From the IMG/VR virus record IMGVR_UViG_3300042907_001080, positions 1-64,000 of that record: DNA of 64,000 nucleotides; one strand, 5' to 3'. Of the stretch, positions 17,434 to 27,581 are shown piece by piece. Below the pieces are notes generated by a model. That model was not told the origin of the DNA. It saw nothing but the letters and a program-made list of their open reading frames with translations, and made no database searches. Each line of letters starts with the position of its first letter. Positions within the stretch are counted from its first letter, which is position 1. A program made the translations under genes and the position numbers.

Positions 17434-18422
17434 ATAAAATTGCCTTTCTTAAGCATTTCTTTAATGGCATTGCGTTGCATAATAAATGTTTTAGAACTAA
17501 ACTCTTCTTCTGAAAACTTCTCTAAGCTGCTATACTTGTCTATTAATGTTTGTTTAGGATTAAATGGTAGTATCACAAAATATGCATCGTCATATTTGTA
17601 TGACATTACTGCTTCGTGTTTTGATATCAGCATCTCATCTAATTTTTCACCGGGTTTACTCCCCATCTCTGTAATTTCTGCATCGCCGTAGACATCTATC
17701 AAAATGTCTGCGATATCTTTGATGTATGCCGCTGGCATATTCATTACAAATGTTTCACCACCTATACTTTCTTCGGCAGCTTTAAATAGTAAACCAATAG
17801 CTTCTTCGAGTGTTAAGAAGAATCGAGTCATTCTTAGATCAGTGATAGTAACCGGTCCACCGTTACGGATCTGTTCTATAAAGTATGGAATAACACTGCC
17901 ATTAGATCCCATAACATTGCCTCCACGTACACAGACAAATCTAGTATGATCGGTTAGATCGTTGGCTTGAATAATCAACTTTTCACCCACAGCTTTAGTC
18001 ATTCCGTATAAGTTCAATGGCTCAACTGCCTTGTCGGTGGATACATCGATGACTTTTTTAACACGATTTTCAATCGCAGCATTAACAACATTTGTTGTAC
18101 CTATTACATTTGTTTTAATAGCTTCCTGAGGTTGATCTTCGCAGATAGGTACGTGTTTAAGAGCAGCCATGTGAAAAATATAATCAACATTCTTAGTAGC
18201 AAACTTAACTGCTTCGTAGTCTCTAACATCTCCTATGATGTATTTGATATTGAGATTTTTAAACTTACGTTGCATTAATACCTGCTGAAGTTCACCTCTT
18301 GAAAAAATAATAATTTCTTTAGGGTTGTGTTTTTCAAGCATTAATCGAGTCAGTGTTTGCCCCCACGAGCCAGTGCCGCCTGTAATTAAAATTCGTGCGT
18401 TGTCAAAAATACTATCATTCAT
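17430..18422 (-). CDS. UDP-GlcNAc 4,6-dehydratase (FnlA/WbjB/CapD/PseB family)
   Basis: ITGGTGSWG, IGDVRD, AALKHVP, STDKA, YGMTKA, GNVMGSNGSVIP, MTRF, PGEKL. Confidence 0.9.
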   Translation of the reverse strand: MNDSIFDNARILITGGTGSWGQTLTRLMLEKHNPKEIIIFSRGELQQVLMQRKFKNLNIKYIIGDVRDYEAVKFATKNVDYIFHMAALKHVPICEDQPQEAIKTNVIGTTNVVNAAIENRVKKVIDVSTDKAVEPLNLYGMTKAVGEKLIIQANDLTDHTRFVCVRGGNVMGSNGSVIPYFIEQIRNGGPVTITDLRMTRFFLTLEEAIGLLFKAAEESIGGETFVMNMPAAYIKDIADILIDVYGDAEITEMGSKPGEKLDEMLISKHEAVMSYKYDDAYFVILPFNPKQTLIDKYSSLEKFSEEEFSSKTFIMQRNAIKEMLKKGNFI

Positions 18423-19173
18423 ATTTTACTCCGATGTCATCTGGGTTGTGGAATAATGCTCTATGTTTGTTATCCAAAGATTCCACTTCCTCTGCAGGTC
18501 TTGTATTTGTATAGTAATACAAAATTAATGATCTACGACTTCTATCTTCGGGGCATTTTAACGGAGTAGGATGACCGTGAAAACTAAAATCGTCAGTTCT
18601 AAATACAACCAGTCTGTTAAGTAATGGACTAATTTTATCAACGCATACTCCTGGTTTGTTGTCGGGGGTTCTAGACCACATTTCTAAATGGCCTCCCCAT
18701 TCTTCTTGCCAATTATCGTTTAAGTATAGGATAACATTTAATCTTCTGTGTACTCCCATTAGATCGTGCCAGTTGCCGTCTGCGTGTACTGCTAGTGTGC
18801 CGCCTGTATTGATCTGGTTAAATCCGCCGCCTGTTAGATAGGGATCAGGAATAAGCCCATTAATTCCAGTTAGCTTAGATAAGAATCTTAAAAATGTTCC
18901 ACCATTTAAAAAATTAATTAAATCCAATGTGTTAGCAGGAACATCACTATCGTCTTTCCAATCACTACGCCATTTAATTTGAATCTTATCGTGATTACGC
19001 TTGTCCCAACTTTCAAAATTTTCATTGTTGAAGTCAGTTAGTGTTTCATTAATAACTTTTTCTGTAAAAAAATCATCTATAGCAATATAGTTAAACGGTT
19101 GCTTAGATTGAAATTCGTTAGAAAGATCTTCTAGATCAAATTTGTCAAATTCTACATATTTCTTTTTCATCAA
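18415..19173 (-). CDS. 2OG-Fe(II) oxygenase (HxD...H type)
   Basis: LAVHADGN, RRLNVILYLN, WGGHLE, SFHG, RRSL. Confidence 0.85.
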   Translation of the reverse strand: MMKKKYVEFDKFDLEDLSNEFQSKQPFNYIAIDDFFTEKVINETLTDFNNENFESWDKRNHDKIQIKWRSDWKDDSDVPANTLDLINFLNGGTFLRFLSKLTGINGLIPDPYLTGGGFNQINTGGTLAVHADGNWHDLMGVHRRLNVILYLNDNWQEEWGGHLEMWSRTPDNKPGVCVDKISPLLNRLVVFRTDDFSFHGHPTPLKCPEDRSRRSLILYYYTNTRPAEEVESLDNKHRALFHNPDDIGVKYE

Positions 19174-19179
19174 TTGTCC

Positions 19180-20253
19180 TTAGTTCGACAGTAGTATGTT
19201 AACAACTACGTCTGATACATTATTTTGATTGTACTCTTCAGGTATTTTCCAGTTCCTGTCAGCTGACTTCATTCTGTTAAAGCAGGCAACAATATTTTCT
19301 TTATCCAAGCCGCTAATTACGTTAGAGCCGCACCAAACTGTTTCTGGTCTTTCTGTTGTATCTCTAATGGTAATTGTTGGTATACCGAATAAACACATTT
19401 CTTCTTGAACCGTTCCTGAATCGCTAATTGCCATATGTGCATTTTTTTCTAAGTTGACAAAATCAAAAAACCCCAAAGGTTCCGTTATTATAATGTTTGG
19501 ATTATCAACTAAAATATTAAACTTTGCTAATTTTTGTTTGGTTCTAGGATGACAACTAAACACTATCTTATATTCTTTAGATATTTCTTCAAAACTTTCA
19601 AAAATATTAATCAACCGATCGTTAACATCAACATTTTCTGCTCGATGCGCTGTGGCTATAATGTAGTTATTTTTTTCAAGATTAAGTGCTGATAATATAG
19701 GAGAACTGTCTATTTCATTTGCATAAAAATCTATTACTTCTTTAATTGGATTCCCCGTGACAAATACTTTGTTGTTTGCAGCACCTTCACGCAATAAATT
19801 TTGACGGCTTAACTCAGTATAAGGTAAATTTATACTAGACACGGCATCAATAATTTTTCTATTCTTTTCTTCAGGAACTTTAAGATCATAACAACGATTG
19901 CCAGCTTCCATATGATAGACCGGAATGCCTAATCTTTCACATATAATTGCTGCTAGGCCTGAATTGGTGTCGCCCAATATCAAAACTTTATCAGGCTTAA
20001 ATTCGTTTACAAATTTTTCAACACCTACAAATGTATTACCAATTTGTTCTGCAAAGGATACAGATTTATTGTCAATTACATAATCTGGGTTTCTTAAACT
20101 CAATTCTTTGAAGAATACATCATTTAAATTTTTATCATAATTTTGACCGGTATGCAATATTTTATGATCAACAATGTTATCAAGTTTAGGAATAATTCTA
20201 GATAGTCTTATAATCTCAGGTCTTGTTCCTAAAATTGTTAGAACCTTAGTCAT
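19180..20253 (-). CDS. UDP-HexNAc 2-epimerase, non-hydrolysing (FnlC/WbjD/Cap5G-like)
   Basis: GTRPEIIR, HTGQNYD, LGDTNS, HMEAGNRCYD..PEEKNR, SDSGTVQEE, TERPE. Confidence 0.9.
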   Translation of the reverse strand: MTKVLTILGTRPEIIRLSRIIPKLDNIVDHKILHTGQNYDKNLNDVFFKELSLRNPDYVIDNKSVSFAEQIGNTFVGVEKFVNEFKPDKVLILGDTNSGLAAIICERLGIPVYHMEAGNRCYDLKVPEEKNRKIIDAVSSINLPYTELSRQNLLREGAANNKVFVTGNPIKEVIDFYANEIDSSPILSALNLEKNNYIIATAHRAENVDVNDRLINIFESFEEISKEYKIVFSCHPRTKQKLAKFNILVDNPNIIITEPLGFFDFVNLEKNAHMAISDSGTVQEEMCLFGIPTITIRDTTERPETVWCGSNVISGLDKENIVACFNRMKSADRNWKIPEEYNQNNVSDVVVNILLSN

Positions 20254-20779
20254 TTGGAAATACCCCAACAAAATAATGGCAAAGACTAGGTAAGTCTAAT
20301 GGTGTCCAGTCTGTAAAATCTTCTTTATGCCAAAGACTTTTATGTATGTCAAAAGTATTACCATAGCACCATAATCTTGGATCATTTACATTTTTATGAT
20401 TATCATCCCAAATTTCTTCTAACGGAGTCAATAATACAATTTTTTTAGTGGTAAGAGTTTTCACAGAATCTAAAAGACGAATGCCTGCATCTTTATCAAG
20501 GTGTTCGATAAAATCTATCATTAAAACATAATCAAATTTCTCACCGCCTAATAAGGTGTTTAGATCAACAGTTTCTAGGTCTGCTACAAAATCTGGATTC
20601 ACTGACTCCCATGCATCAATTGTGATAATTTTGCTACATCTGTCTTTAAATGGATCTGAATATAATTTCGGACCGCATCCGAGATCTAAAATAGAATCTC
20701 CTTCTTTAACAACGGAGTGTAGATATCTCATTAGCTCGTCGTTCGATGAAGCTCGTTTTCCGTTTATATTGTGTTTCAT
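20246..20779 (-). CDS. class I SAM-dependent methyltransferase
   Basis: ILDLGCG, FDYVLMIDFIEHL. Confidence 0.85.
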   Translation of the reverse strand: MKHNINGKRASSNDELMRYLHSVVKEGDSILDLGCGPKLYSDPFKDRCSKIITIDAWESVNPDFVADLETVDLNTLLGGEKFDYVLMIDFIEHLDKDAGIRLLDSVKTLTTKKIVLLTPLEEIWDDNHKNVNDPRLWCYGNTFDIHKSLWHKEDFTDWTPLDLPSLCHYFVGVFPND

Positions 20780-21546
20780 TTAATATTGTCCTTATTATTA
20801 GCTCTAATAGTGGGGGGAACAGATGCTTGCAATTTGGCAAGTAATTGTTGATTATTAACAGTTGCTGGCGGCGCCAGCGGGTTATTATACATTTTAGGGT
20901 GCCATTGATGTATAACATACGGTGCTTCAACAAACGTTACATTTAATTTTTTATTTTTAATTCTTTGTAAAAATTCGTCGTCATCATAACTATGACCGAA
21001 AGCAAATTCTTCGTCAAAACCATTTAATTCACACAAGTTCTTCCTAGTAATTGCCGAGGTATAGTGATATCCCACTGGATGGTGAACACTATGATTAACC
21101 CATTTTGTTTTACTAGATTTTGTTCCGCCTACATCTATTGTACCGCCTTGATGTAGAATTCTTACATCGCCTTTGTTACATGCCCAGCAATGAAAGGTTA
21201 GATAATTGTCATCAGTTAATGTTTGATTCACATATGAGATTACATCGCCTTGATGACAGCACTCTGGATTTTGAATAATAATTTTGTCACCAGAACTTTC
21301 ACGGAATCCAACATTATACGGCACACAGGGATTAAACCAAGTCTTAGATCCTCGATCTGACATTTTAATTATTTTAATATTCAGCGACGGAAATTCACTA
21401 GGAACAGTATCTAAACTGTTTTCTAAATTGCTAAAATCATCTACAATTATTACTTCAAAGTCTTTTTCCCGACTTTGAATAAATGTTTTTAGAGTATGTC
21501 TTAATAATTCTAATCGATTATAATATGCCATTACTATTGATATCAT
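20776..21546 (-). CDS. GT2 family glycosyltransferase
   Basis: ISIVMAYYNR, IIVDDFS, YNVG, GFDEEF..G..YDDDEF, HQWH. Confidence 0.88.
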   Translation of the reverse strand: MISIVMAYYNRLELLRHTLKTFIQSREKDFEVIIVDDFSNLENSLDTVPSEFPSLNIKIIKMSDRGSKTWFNPCVPYNVGFRESSGDKIIIQNPECCHQGDVISYVNQTLTDDNYLTFHCWACNKGDVRILHQGGTIDVGGTKSSKTKWVNHSVHHPVGYHYTSAITRKNLCELNGFDEEFAFGHSYDDDEFLQRIKNKKLNVTFVEAPYVIHQWHPKMYNNPLAPPATVNNQQLLAKLQASVPPTIRANNKDNIK

Positions 21547-22142
21547 GATAGTTTTACCTCAGCCATTATATATTTGTTTCGTTGATTAATCACATTAACA
21601 ATTTCTACGCCGTCTTCTTGCTCGGGCATATTAGTCTTTTTGTATATCACTCGCAAATCCATTATAATTCTCGTATTTGCATGTGAATGTTTTAATATCA
21701 AATCTTTATAAGTGTTTACAGGATAGTGAAAACCACAAGACACCCACGACGTAATCAAATCAAATTTAACATCTTCTGGAATATTAATATTATTGCAATC
21801 AATTAAATGATATTTTTTAGTGCCTAATTTTTTTAATTCTGCGTCTACCTCTGACAATGGATGATAGAATAAGAAATCGTTAGCTGTCTTATTATATTTT
21901 CCAGTTGATGCTTCGGGAGATTTAGAGTCGTTATCTTTAGTATCGCCGTCTAACAACCACAGCTCGGAATTATATTTTTCATTGAACATTCTCGATTCCC
22001 AAGCAAGCCCGCAGCCAATATCTAAAATCTTCATTGGTGCGCTGCCTAAGAATTTATCTAGAATTTCAAAATTTTCTTTCTTGTGGCTTTGATATAATTC
22101 TGTTTCCCAGAGCCCGCCACTGCCTAACCACTGTTTTGTCAT
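21543..22142 (-). CDS. class I SAM-dependent methyltransferase
   Basis: ILDIGCGLA, KFDLITSWVSCGFHYP. Confidence 0.75.
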   Translation of the reverse strand: MTKQWLGSGGLWETELYQSHKKENFEILDKFLGSAPMKILDIGCGLAWESRMFNEKYNSELWLLDGDTKDNDSKSPEASTGKYNKTANDFLFYHPLSEVDAELKKLGTKKYHLIDCNNINIPEDVKFDLITSWVSCGFHYPVNTYKDLILKHSHANTRIIMDLRVIYKKTNMPEQEDGVEIVNVINQRNKYIMAEVKLS

Positions 22143-22483
22143 TTTGAATACCCCACAGTTTCACGCTCAATGTCATCGTGATCAAATTCTGCCCAATATA
22201 ATTCAAATGCTACACAGTCTGTGACTGCTTCAAATTGATGATATTCGCCCGGAGCAACCTTTGTATATTCGCCTGCCTTTAACAAAGTTTCGTCTACGAG
22301 ATCATAATTGCCTTTCCATACACGAATAATCATTTCACCGGACTCGACAAAGAATCCATTCCACTTGTATTTGTGTTTATGCTTAGAACATACTCCACCG
22401 GCGTTGGCTTCAATACGATGAAATTCTAATACACCGTTGGCTTCTAACAATTCTGTCTGTCCCCATACTTTTCCTGCTTTCAT
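22139..22483 (-). CDS. cupin (phosphomannose-isomerase-like / sugar epimerase)
   Basis: KVWG, CSKHKH, FFVESG, PGEYHQF; SD AAGGAG. Confidence 0.8.
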   Translation of the reverse strand: MKAGKVWGQTELLEANGVLEFHRIEANAGGVCSKHKHKYKWNGFFVESGEMIIRVWKGNYDLVDETLLKAGEYTKVAPGEYHQFEAVTDCVAFELYWAEFDHDDIERETVGYSK

Positions 22484-22502
22484 GCTATCTCCTTAATGTG
22501 TG

Positions 22503-22508
22503 TATTTA
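22503..22508 (-). promoter_or_regulatory. late-type promoter heading the 22483-15938 sugar operon
   Basis: TAAATA on minus strand, 19 nt upstream of cupin ATG with SD in between. Confidence 0.55.
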
Positions 22509-22509
22509 A

Positions 22510-23016
22510 TCAGATCAATTTATGTAATTGCAAAACTTCGCTTTGTCTTGAAACTTCTTTGACAAAGAACACGCAAGGTGGATTGACCTCCTCGCTGAGC
22601 GGCACAGTTAATAATTGTCCGTTTTTCATCTTAGGAAAATACCAACGCACATCCTGATAGATATTAACAATTTCTATAGGCATATATTCTGCTCTAAAGC
22701 CTTTGATCGGATTAAACACTAGTGCGTCAAATCCACGCTCATTGATACTAGTCAACGGTAACACTTCGGGATCAAGCCCACAATCTTTGTCACCTACTAC
22801 CATGCACCAATCCAAAGGCATTTGCACTTCATAGCCTCCTATGTTCAGCACTATAGCCGGTGAATTAAACGATTCTAAAAATATCAAAGGCATGAAATAA
22901 AAATCTGGATCCTGTGGATTTGAATTATCCAGCACCGAAAATCTTGTATCTTCGTCTACTTGATCCGGCAATTCGTTTAGATCAAATGCTTCATTGTTTA
23001 GTGTGAGTATTCTCAT
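22510..23016 (-). CDS. hypothetical beta-rich protein, possibly degenerate Hint-like fold
   Basis: IVLNIGGYEVQMPLDWCMVV pattern resembles intein block B without the TxxH residues; weak. Confidence 0.6.
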   Translation of the reverse strand: MRILTLNNEAFDLNELPDQVDEDTRFSVLDNSNPQDPDFYFMPLIFLESFNSPAIVLNIGGYEVQMPLDWCMVVGDKDCGLDPEVLPLTSINERGFDALVFNPIKGFRAEYMPIEIVNIYQDVRWYFPKMKNGQLLTVPLSEEVNPPCVFFVKEVSRQSEVLQLHKLI

Positions 23017-23654
23017 TTTAATTTTCCTAGTATTACGTTTCGGTGATCAGCATCCCATGCTAAAATGTCATAGTTAAAATTGATCTTACAGAAATCAATT
23101 GCTCTAGTATCACTGTTTTCTTGTTCTACAACCAACAGAGGATTGTATTTTTTAATGGTGTTAACTGCACCTTGTAAAACATTTAATTCGTATCCGTCTA
23201 CATCAATTTTAATATAATCAATATCTGAAAAATTAAATTCATCTATAGTGTATAGCTGTTCATCATACCACTTTTCTTGCGGTACTTTTCCAGCAGTTAT
23301 ACTTCCACCACCGCTTACCTTTATAATTTTATGTTCTTCACCCAACGCACATTTAAAATGTGTAATTTTAGATAGGTCAACATTTTTATGAAATAATTTT
23401 CTTCTTCGATAATCAAAACAAAAAACATGATTAAAATCTTTGTGAAGATATCTTGTATATTCGCCGTCTCTACAACCAACATCTATAGCATTTCTTTTTT
23501 CTGTAATAAAAGGAAGACTAGCTACCCACGTTTTTTTACAATGGTGATTAGGGAATTCTTGTGTGCCATCTGGGCTAAAGAAAAAATCAGTATCGTAAAA
23601 ATCCCAGTTAAATGTGTTTTCAGAAAACTGAGTAGGTTCAAGAGGATGTATCAT
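23013..23654 (-). CDS. FkbM-family methyltransferase
   Basis: AIDVGCRDG, CALG, IDYIKIDVDGYELNVLQGA. Confidence 0.85.
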   Translation of the reverse strand: MIHPLEPTQFSENTFNWDFYDTDFFFSPDGTQEFPNHHCKKTWVASLPFITEKRNAIDVGCRDGEYTRYLHKDFNHVFCFDYRRRKLFHKNVDLSKITHFKCALGEEHKIIKVSGGGSITAGKVPQEKWYDEQLYTIDEFNFSDIDYIKIDVDGYELNVLQGAVNTIKKYNPLLVVEQENSDTRAIDFCKINFNYDILAWDADHRNVILGKLK

Positions 23655-25144
23655 ATATTAACCTTGGTAATGGTAAAGGGGTATTTGGCCTCTTTATAAA
23701 ACTTTTTTCTTTCTGTTAGGTGCCGCTTGGCATATTTGCAGGTGCTGGTAATATCCCAGATCTCTACGTGATCTTTGTCTTCTGCTTTTCTAATGCCTCG
23801 CCCAATGCTTTGTATAACACGGACAAAGCTCTTTCCGGGTTCAAGAAGAACCAAATTAAAAATACGTGGAATATTAATACCCACAGCGGCCACACCATAA
23901 GTCGCCAAAATAATCTTGCCATCACTTGTTTTAATTTCATCATATTCTTCCTTGCGATCATCGAGTTTCATACCGCCGCTGACAAACACTGCCTCTGGTA
24001 TTAAGTCAATTAATTTTTTTCCTGTATCGATTCTGTTAATTAACACCAGAGTATTACCGGTAGCAGATAACGCAGTGATCTTACCGGCGATCCATTGTAG
24101 CCGATTATCGTCTGTGACAAGAAATGAGTATTCGTCCTGGAATGAATTAAACACCTGCACATCTGTGGTCTGTAACACATTGATATTCAATTGTGCTAAC
24201 ACACCTTTTTCCTGTAAATCATACGCAGATACTTGATTTATCACAGGACCTATACTGGCCAATATACCTTGAAACTCCCACTGTTCTTTAGGCACAGTTC
24301 CGGTGAGTCCCCAGCGTATGGCACAGTTACGAAAGTTTTGTGTCAGTAGTTTGGTCAATACTTCTGCCTTGGCTTGATGCACTTCGTCAACAATGATCGC
24401 GCAGACTCCTTCACAGAATTCTGCCAATGTCATGGTGTCGTTGTCATAGCTTTTCTTGTCTAACACATTCAAACTTTGCCAGGTGCATATGGTATGTGTC
24501 TTACCTAATTCTTTTCTATCTCCGAAGTAAACACCAACATCCAGGCCTAGGTTCTTGTAATCTTCTTCAGTTTGAACCACCAACGATTTATTAGGAACAA
24601 CTACCATTGTGCGACCATAAGGTTCGCATAGATGGCTTAAAGTTGCTGTGGTAATTGTTTTTCCAGCACCAGTGGCTACTTCTTGCAAGGCCTGAGGATT
24701 CTCTAAAAACTTGTTGATTACCTCATACTGATAGTCTCTTAGAACAATAGGTTCTCCTGCCTGTTGATGTCCTTTGGGCCAGACTTTGCCTTTGTCGGCC
24801 CAGTAATTTTCATCGATAGCAGCAAATTTTAATTCCTGATGCGGTCTAAGATCTTCGACTTCGATGTCATAACCTTCATCATCAATTACTGCTAGAATCA
24901 CATCAAGGTGTGCAAGATATCCACTGCCGCCAATGTTAAAATAAGTTTTAGTTCCGTCCCAACGTCCTAGTTTATAGGCCGGCATGTGTCGGGCATAAGG
25001 TAAATCGAACTTTAATTTATTGACAATTTTCCGTCGTGTTTCAACTCGTAGCCCTTCTACCTTGATGTTTACTTCGTCTTTGATTGTTAACTTACAGTTC
25101 AACAATTTTTTGTCCTTTGGTTTCTGTTGGTCTAGTATCACCAA
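23651..25144 (-). CDS. uvsW: SF2 DNA helicase UvsW
   Basis: WDG, LRDYQ, ATGAGKT, IIVDEVH, GLTGT, QSIGRGIR; true start probably a TTG near 25105. Confidence 0.9.
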   Translation of the reverse strand: MVILDQQKPKDKKLLNCKLTIKDEVNIKVEGLRVETRRKIVNKLKFDLPYARHMPAYKLGRWDGTKTYFNIGGSGYLAHLDVILAVIDDEGYDIEVEDLRPHQELKFAAIDENYWADKGKVWPKGHQQAGEPIVLRDYQYEVINKFLENPQALQEVATGAGKTITTATLSHLCEPYGRTMVVVPNKSLVVQTEEDYKNLGLDVGVYFGDRKELGKTHTICTWQSLNVLDKKSYDNDTMTLAEFCEGVCAIIVDEVHQAKAEVLTKLLTQNFRNCAIRWGLTGTVPKEQWEFQGILASIGPVINQVSAYDLQEKGVLAQLNINVLQTTDVQVFNSFQDEYSFLVTDDNRLQWIAGKITALSATGNTLVLINRIDTGKKLIDLIPEAVFVSGGMKLDDRKEEYDEIKTSDGKIILATYGVAAVGINIPRIFNLVLLEPGKSFVRVIQSIGRGIRKAEDKDHVEIWDITSTCKYAKRHLTERKKFYKEAKYPFTITKVNI

Positions 25145-26276
25145 GATATATCACACAGGGATGACACATAAACCAATCCCGTGCCATGGTATTTGTTGGT
25201 GGGAAAATGTTATTTGTTACTACTAGTGTAACATCATTGCTTGTCTTAAACAACCACTTAGCCGGCTTTGATTCAAAAATTAATATCCTACCAGTTTCGA
25301 CTTTGCCGCCAACTCCTGCAACCTTGATCCAGTCATTCAGCCCAGTAGTGGATTCTTTGTTTTCTCTAAAACACACCTTGATTTCTTCACGATCAACTCC
25401 ACTTTTTTCAGCATCGGCTACAAAACTTTGCAGCCACGGCAATGTGGCGCTGCTTCGATCTAGCAATATACATATTTGTCCGGAAAAAGATTTAGATAAC
25501 TCAAAAAAATCTTGATTGGTTTTCAACCAGAAGCTGTTTTCTTGGCTGGCTGCGATTTTTTCCACTAAAGTATGTGGTTTTTCTTGGTATAAAAACCCCA
25601 TACTTTTAGCTAATAACAAATCTTTGCTGATGTTACTAGTTTTATTACTTTGCCACCACTCCGCTGTTTCGTCACTGGCGTTTTTCAATTGAACGCCATT
25701 TATATCAACTTCGCTGTAAGGTGTAGCATCCTCAGAATTTTGCCAAATTTCTTCTACATCCGACAACACGTTCATAAAAGTATCGTCAATTTCAAAATTA
25801 TGCTTACAGACAAATTCATATAATGTGATTAAGTTATACTGATACAAATCTAAGCGTCTTACCTTATCATCGGGATCCCAAAAGCTGTAAGCGTAAAGAG
25901 TTTCTCGACGTTCAATCTCATCTTCAAATTCTTTTTTCAGCTGATACGGAAATTTTAGACAAATTTCCAGTTTGTTTTCACGCAGTTCTACATATATTTT
26001 TTTACTGAGATCCAACACTCTAAACGGCTTGCGCCATTTGAGATCTTGTAGTTGCGACCTATAATCAAAACCTGCCTGAGCAGATACAATCTTGTATTTT
26101 TCCAATAATTTTATGAGAAAATTCGCCTGATTTTTGGTCAGCTCACCGCTGTTGATAATTTTTTCATGAAAACTTGAGATGGGTGAAAAATCTTGACCTT
26201 GTATGGAGATTTTTTGTTGAGCAACAAGTTTATAAAACTCAACAAATATGTCTTCGGCAAATTCTGATGGTAACAT
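25092..26276 (-). CDS. hypothetical protein upstream of uvsW
   Basis: 394-aa ORF with own sigma70 promoter. Confidence 0.8.
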   Translation of the reverse strand: MLPSEFAEDIFVEFYKLVAQQKISIQGQDFSPISSFHEKIINSGELTKNQANFLIKLLEKYKIVSAQAGFDYRSQLQDLKWRKPFRVLDLSKKIYVELRENKLEICLKFPYQLKKEFEDEIERRETLYAYSFWDPDDKVRRLDLYQYNLITLYEFVCKHNFEIDDTFMNVLSDVEEIWQNSEDATPYSEVDINGVQLKNASDETAEWWQSNKTSNISKDLLLAKSMGFLYQEKPHTLVEKIAASQENSFWLKTNQDFFELSKSFSGQICILLDRSSATLPWLQSFVADAEKSGVDREEIKVCFRENKESTTGLNDWIKVAGVGGKVETGRILIFESKPAKWLFKTSNDVTLVVTNNIFPPTNTMARDWFMCHPCVIYLGDTRPTETKGQKIVEL

Positions 26277-26282
26277 TATTCA

Positions 26283-26311
26283 AGTATACAGCCTTGATTT
26301 CTGGTTGTCAA
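26283..26311 (-). promoter_or_regulatory. sigma70-type promoter, 6 nt from ATG
   Basis: TTGACA-17 nt-TATACT-TGAATA-ATG. Confidence 0.85.
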
Positions 26312-27132
26312 CTGAATAATCTAGAAATTGGTATGCCTTGACGTATTTCGTCCACGGTCCACTCGGTGTGACATAGTTTTAAAAACCATTCAGTTCTGTC
26401 TGGCACATAGGGACTGTCTAATTCTGACCATTTGATGCTGAGATCTGCAGCTAGACTAGACGAATCACACATTATAGGAACACCATTTATGGCTGCTTGA
26501 ATAGCTGGTCCGCTGTTATGGTTGATCACGCAATGATAATTGTAAAAAATATCAAAACTGTCATAGGTATCGGGTATAAGCACGGGTCTTTCTACCTCCA
26601 CCCCAGATTGCTTGAACGGAAATGCTGACCGAGGATGATATCTCACACGGATTCTTCTATGAGTATGTTGTTTTATTTTTCCAATGGTGTCTGCTACCCA
26701 GTCTTTCATGGCAGGCATTCCTTGCCATTGTAGACTTTCTTGATGTTGGCAGGCTATTAATATTTCGCCACGACGTGTGGTGGCAATTGGCTGCAATTTA
26801 ACACCTAATTTTTCAGGTCTAGTTGGATCGAGATTGATATCGTTGCCGAATCTGCCAAGATTGTTGATATGGTCGAGACTGATGCGCCAAGTTTCGCCTC
26901 TTTTCAGATTTCCTACTTCTATGATCATCACAGATTTGCCTGATTGTCGACACTGTTCGTAGATTGTTTTATTTGAACGCATTCTACCGGCCCATAGCAC
27001 AGACCAAATCACAGACACGTCTTCGTTGTCATGCACAATGGTATGCCCTAGTTGTTTTAAACCTTGTTCTAGAGCGTCAAACACAGGAGGACTGTTTAAC
27101 GCACCGTATTCTCGATATAATTTGAAGCGCAT
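26308..27132 (-). CDS. GT-B glycosyltransferase, KpsS/KpsC (Capsule_synth)-like paralogue 1
   Basis: RYHPR, VINHNSGPAIQAAINGVP, HTEWTVDEIRQG. Confidence 0.6.
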   Translation of the reverse strand: MRFKLYREYGALNSPPVFDALEQGLKQLGHTIVHDNEDVSVIWSVLWAGRMRSNKTIYEQCRQSGKSVMIIEVGNLKRGETWRISLDHINNLGRFGNDINLDPTRPEKLGVKLQPIATTRRGEILIACQHQESLQWQGMPAMKDWVADTIGKIKQHTHRRIRVRYHPRSAFPFKQSGVEVERPVLIPDTYDSFDIFYNYHCVINHNSGPAIQAAINGVPIMCDSSSLAADLSIKWSELDSPYVPDRTEWFLKLCHTEWTVDEIRQGIPISRLFS

Positions 27133-27140
27133 AATGTTGA

Positions 27141-27178
27141 TAAATAATCTACGTAGTTAATACTGCCATATATTTATA
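27141..27178. promoter_or_regulatory. overlapping divergent late-type promoters
   Basis: TAAATA on + at 27141-27146 and TATAAATA on - at 27171-27178 in the 50-nt gap between divergent genes. Confidence 0.55.
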
Positions 27179-27182
27179 GATC

Positions 27183-27581
27183 ATGAATAAGATTAAAAAA
27201 AGACTGAGTAAATTGTCAAAAAACGCAGACAATGCGTTGGTAATTGGTGCCGCATTTGGTCAATTAGAACAACTGTTAGACTTATATTCAACAATTTTTG
27301 TTGTGAACGAAGACAACACAGAACTAAAAGCAAAAAATCTCATTTATAGACAAAGCATTGACAGATTAGATAGCATTGTAAATGTCAGGGCAGTATTTTT
27401 TGACATCAAACACATCTCTAAATTAGAAAGTCTGCAAACATTTTGGAAGAAAAATAATTCGTTGATATTCATTGAAGGCGGCGACGCTTTGCCTAGGGAT
27501 CTATCAACGCCGTTATACGATTCAGGGTGGCGATGCACCAGTCTCCAAGGAGCATTTCACGTATGGGAAAAACAACAATGA
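27183..27581 (+). CDS. hypothetical protein, possibly degenerate methyltransferase fold
   Basis: ALVIGAAFG near N-terminus; coupled to downstream GT. Confidence 0.65.
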   Translation: MNKIKKRLSKLSKNADNALVIGAAFGQLEQLLDLYSTIFVVNEDNTELKAKNLIYRQSIDRLDSIVNVRAVFFDIKHISKLESLQTFWKKNNSLIFIEGGDALPRDLSTPLYDSGWRCTSLQGAFHVWEKQQ

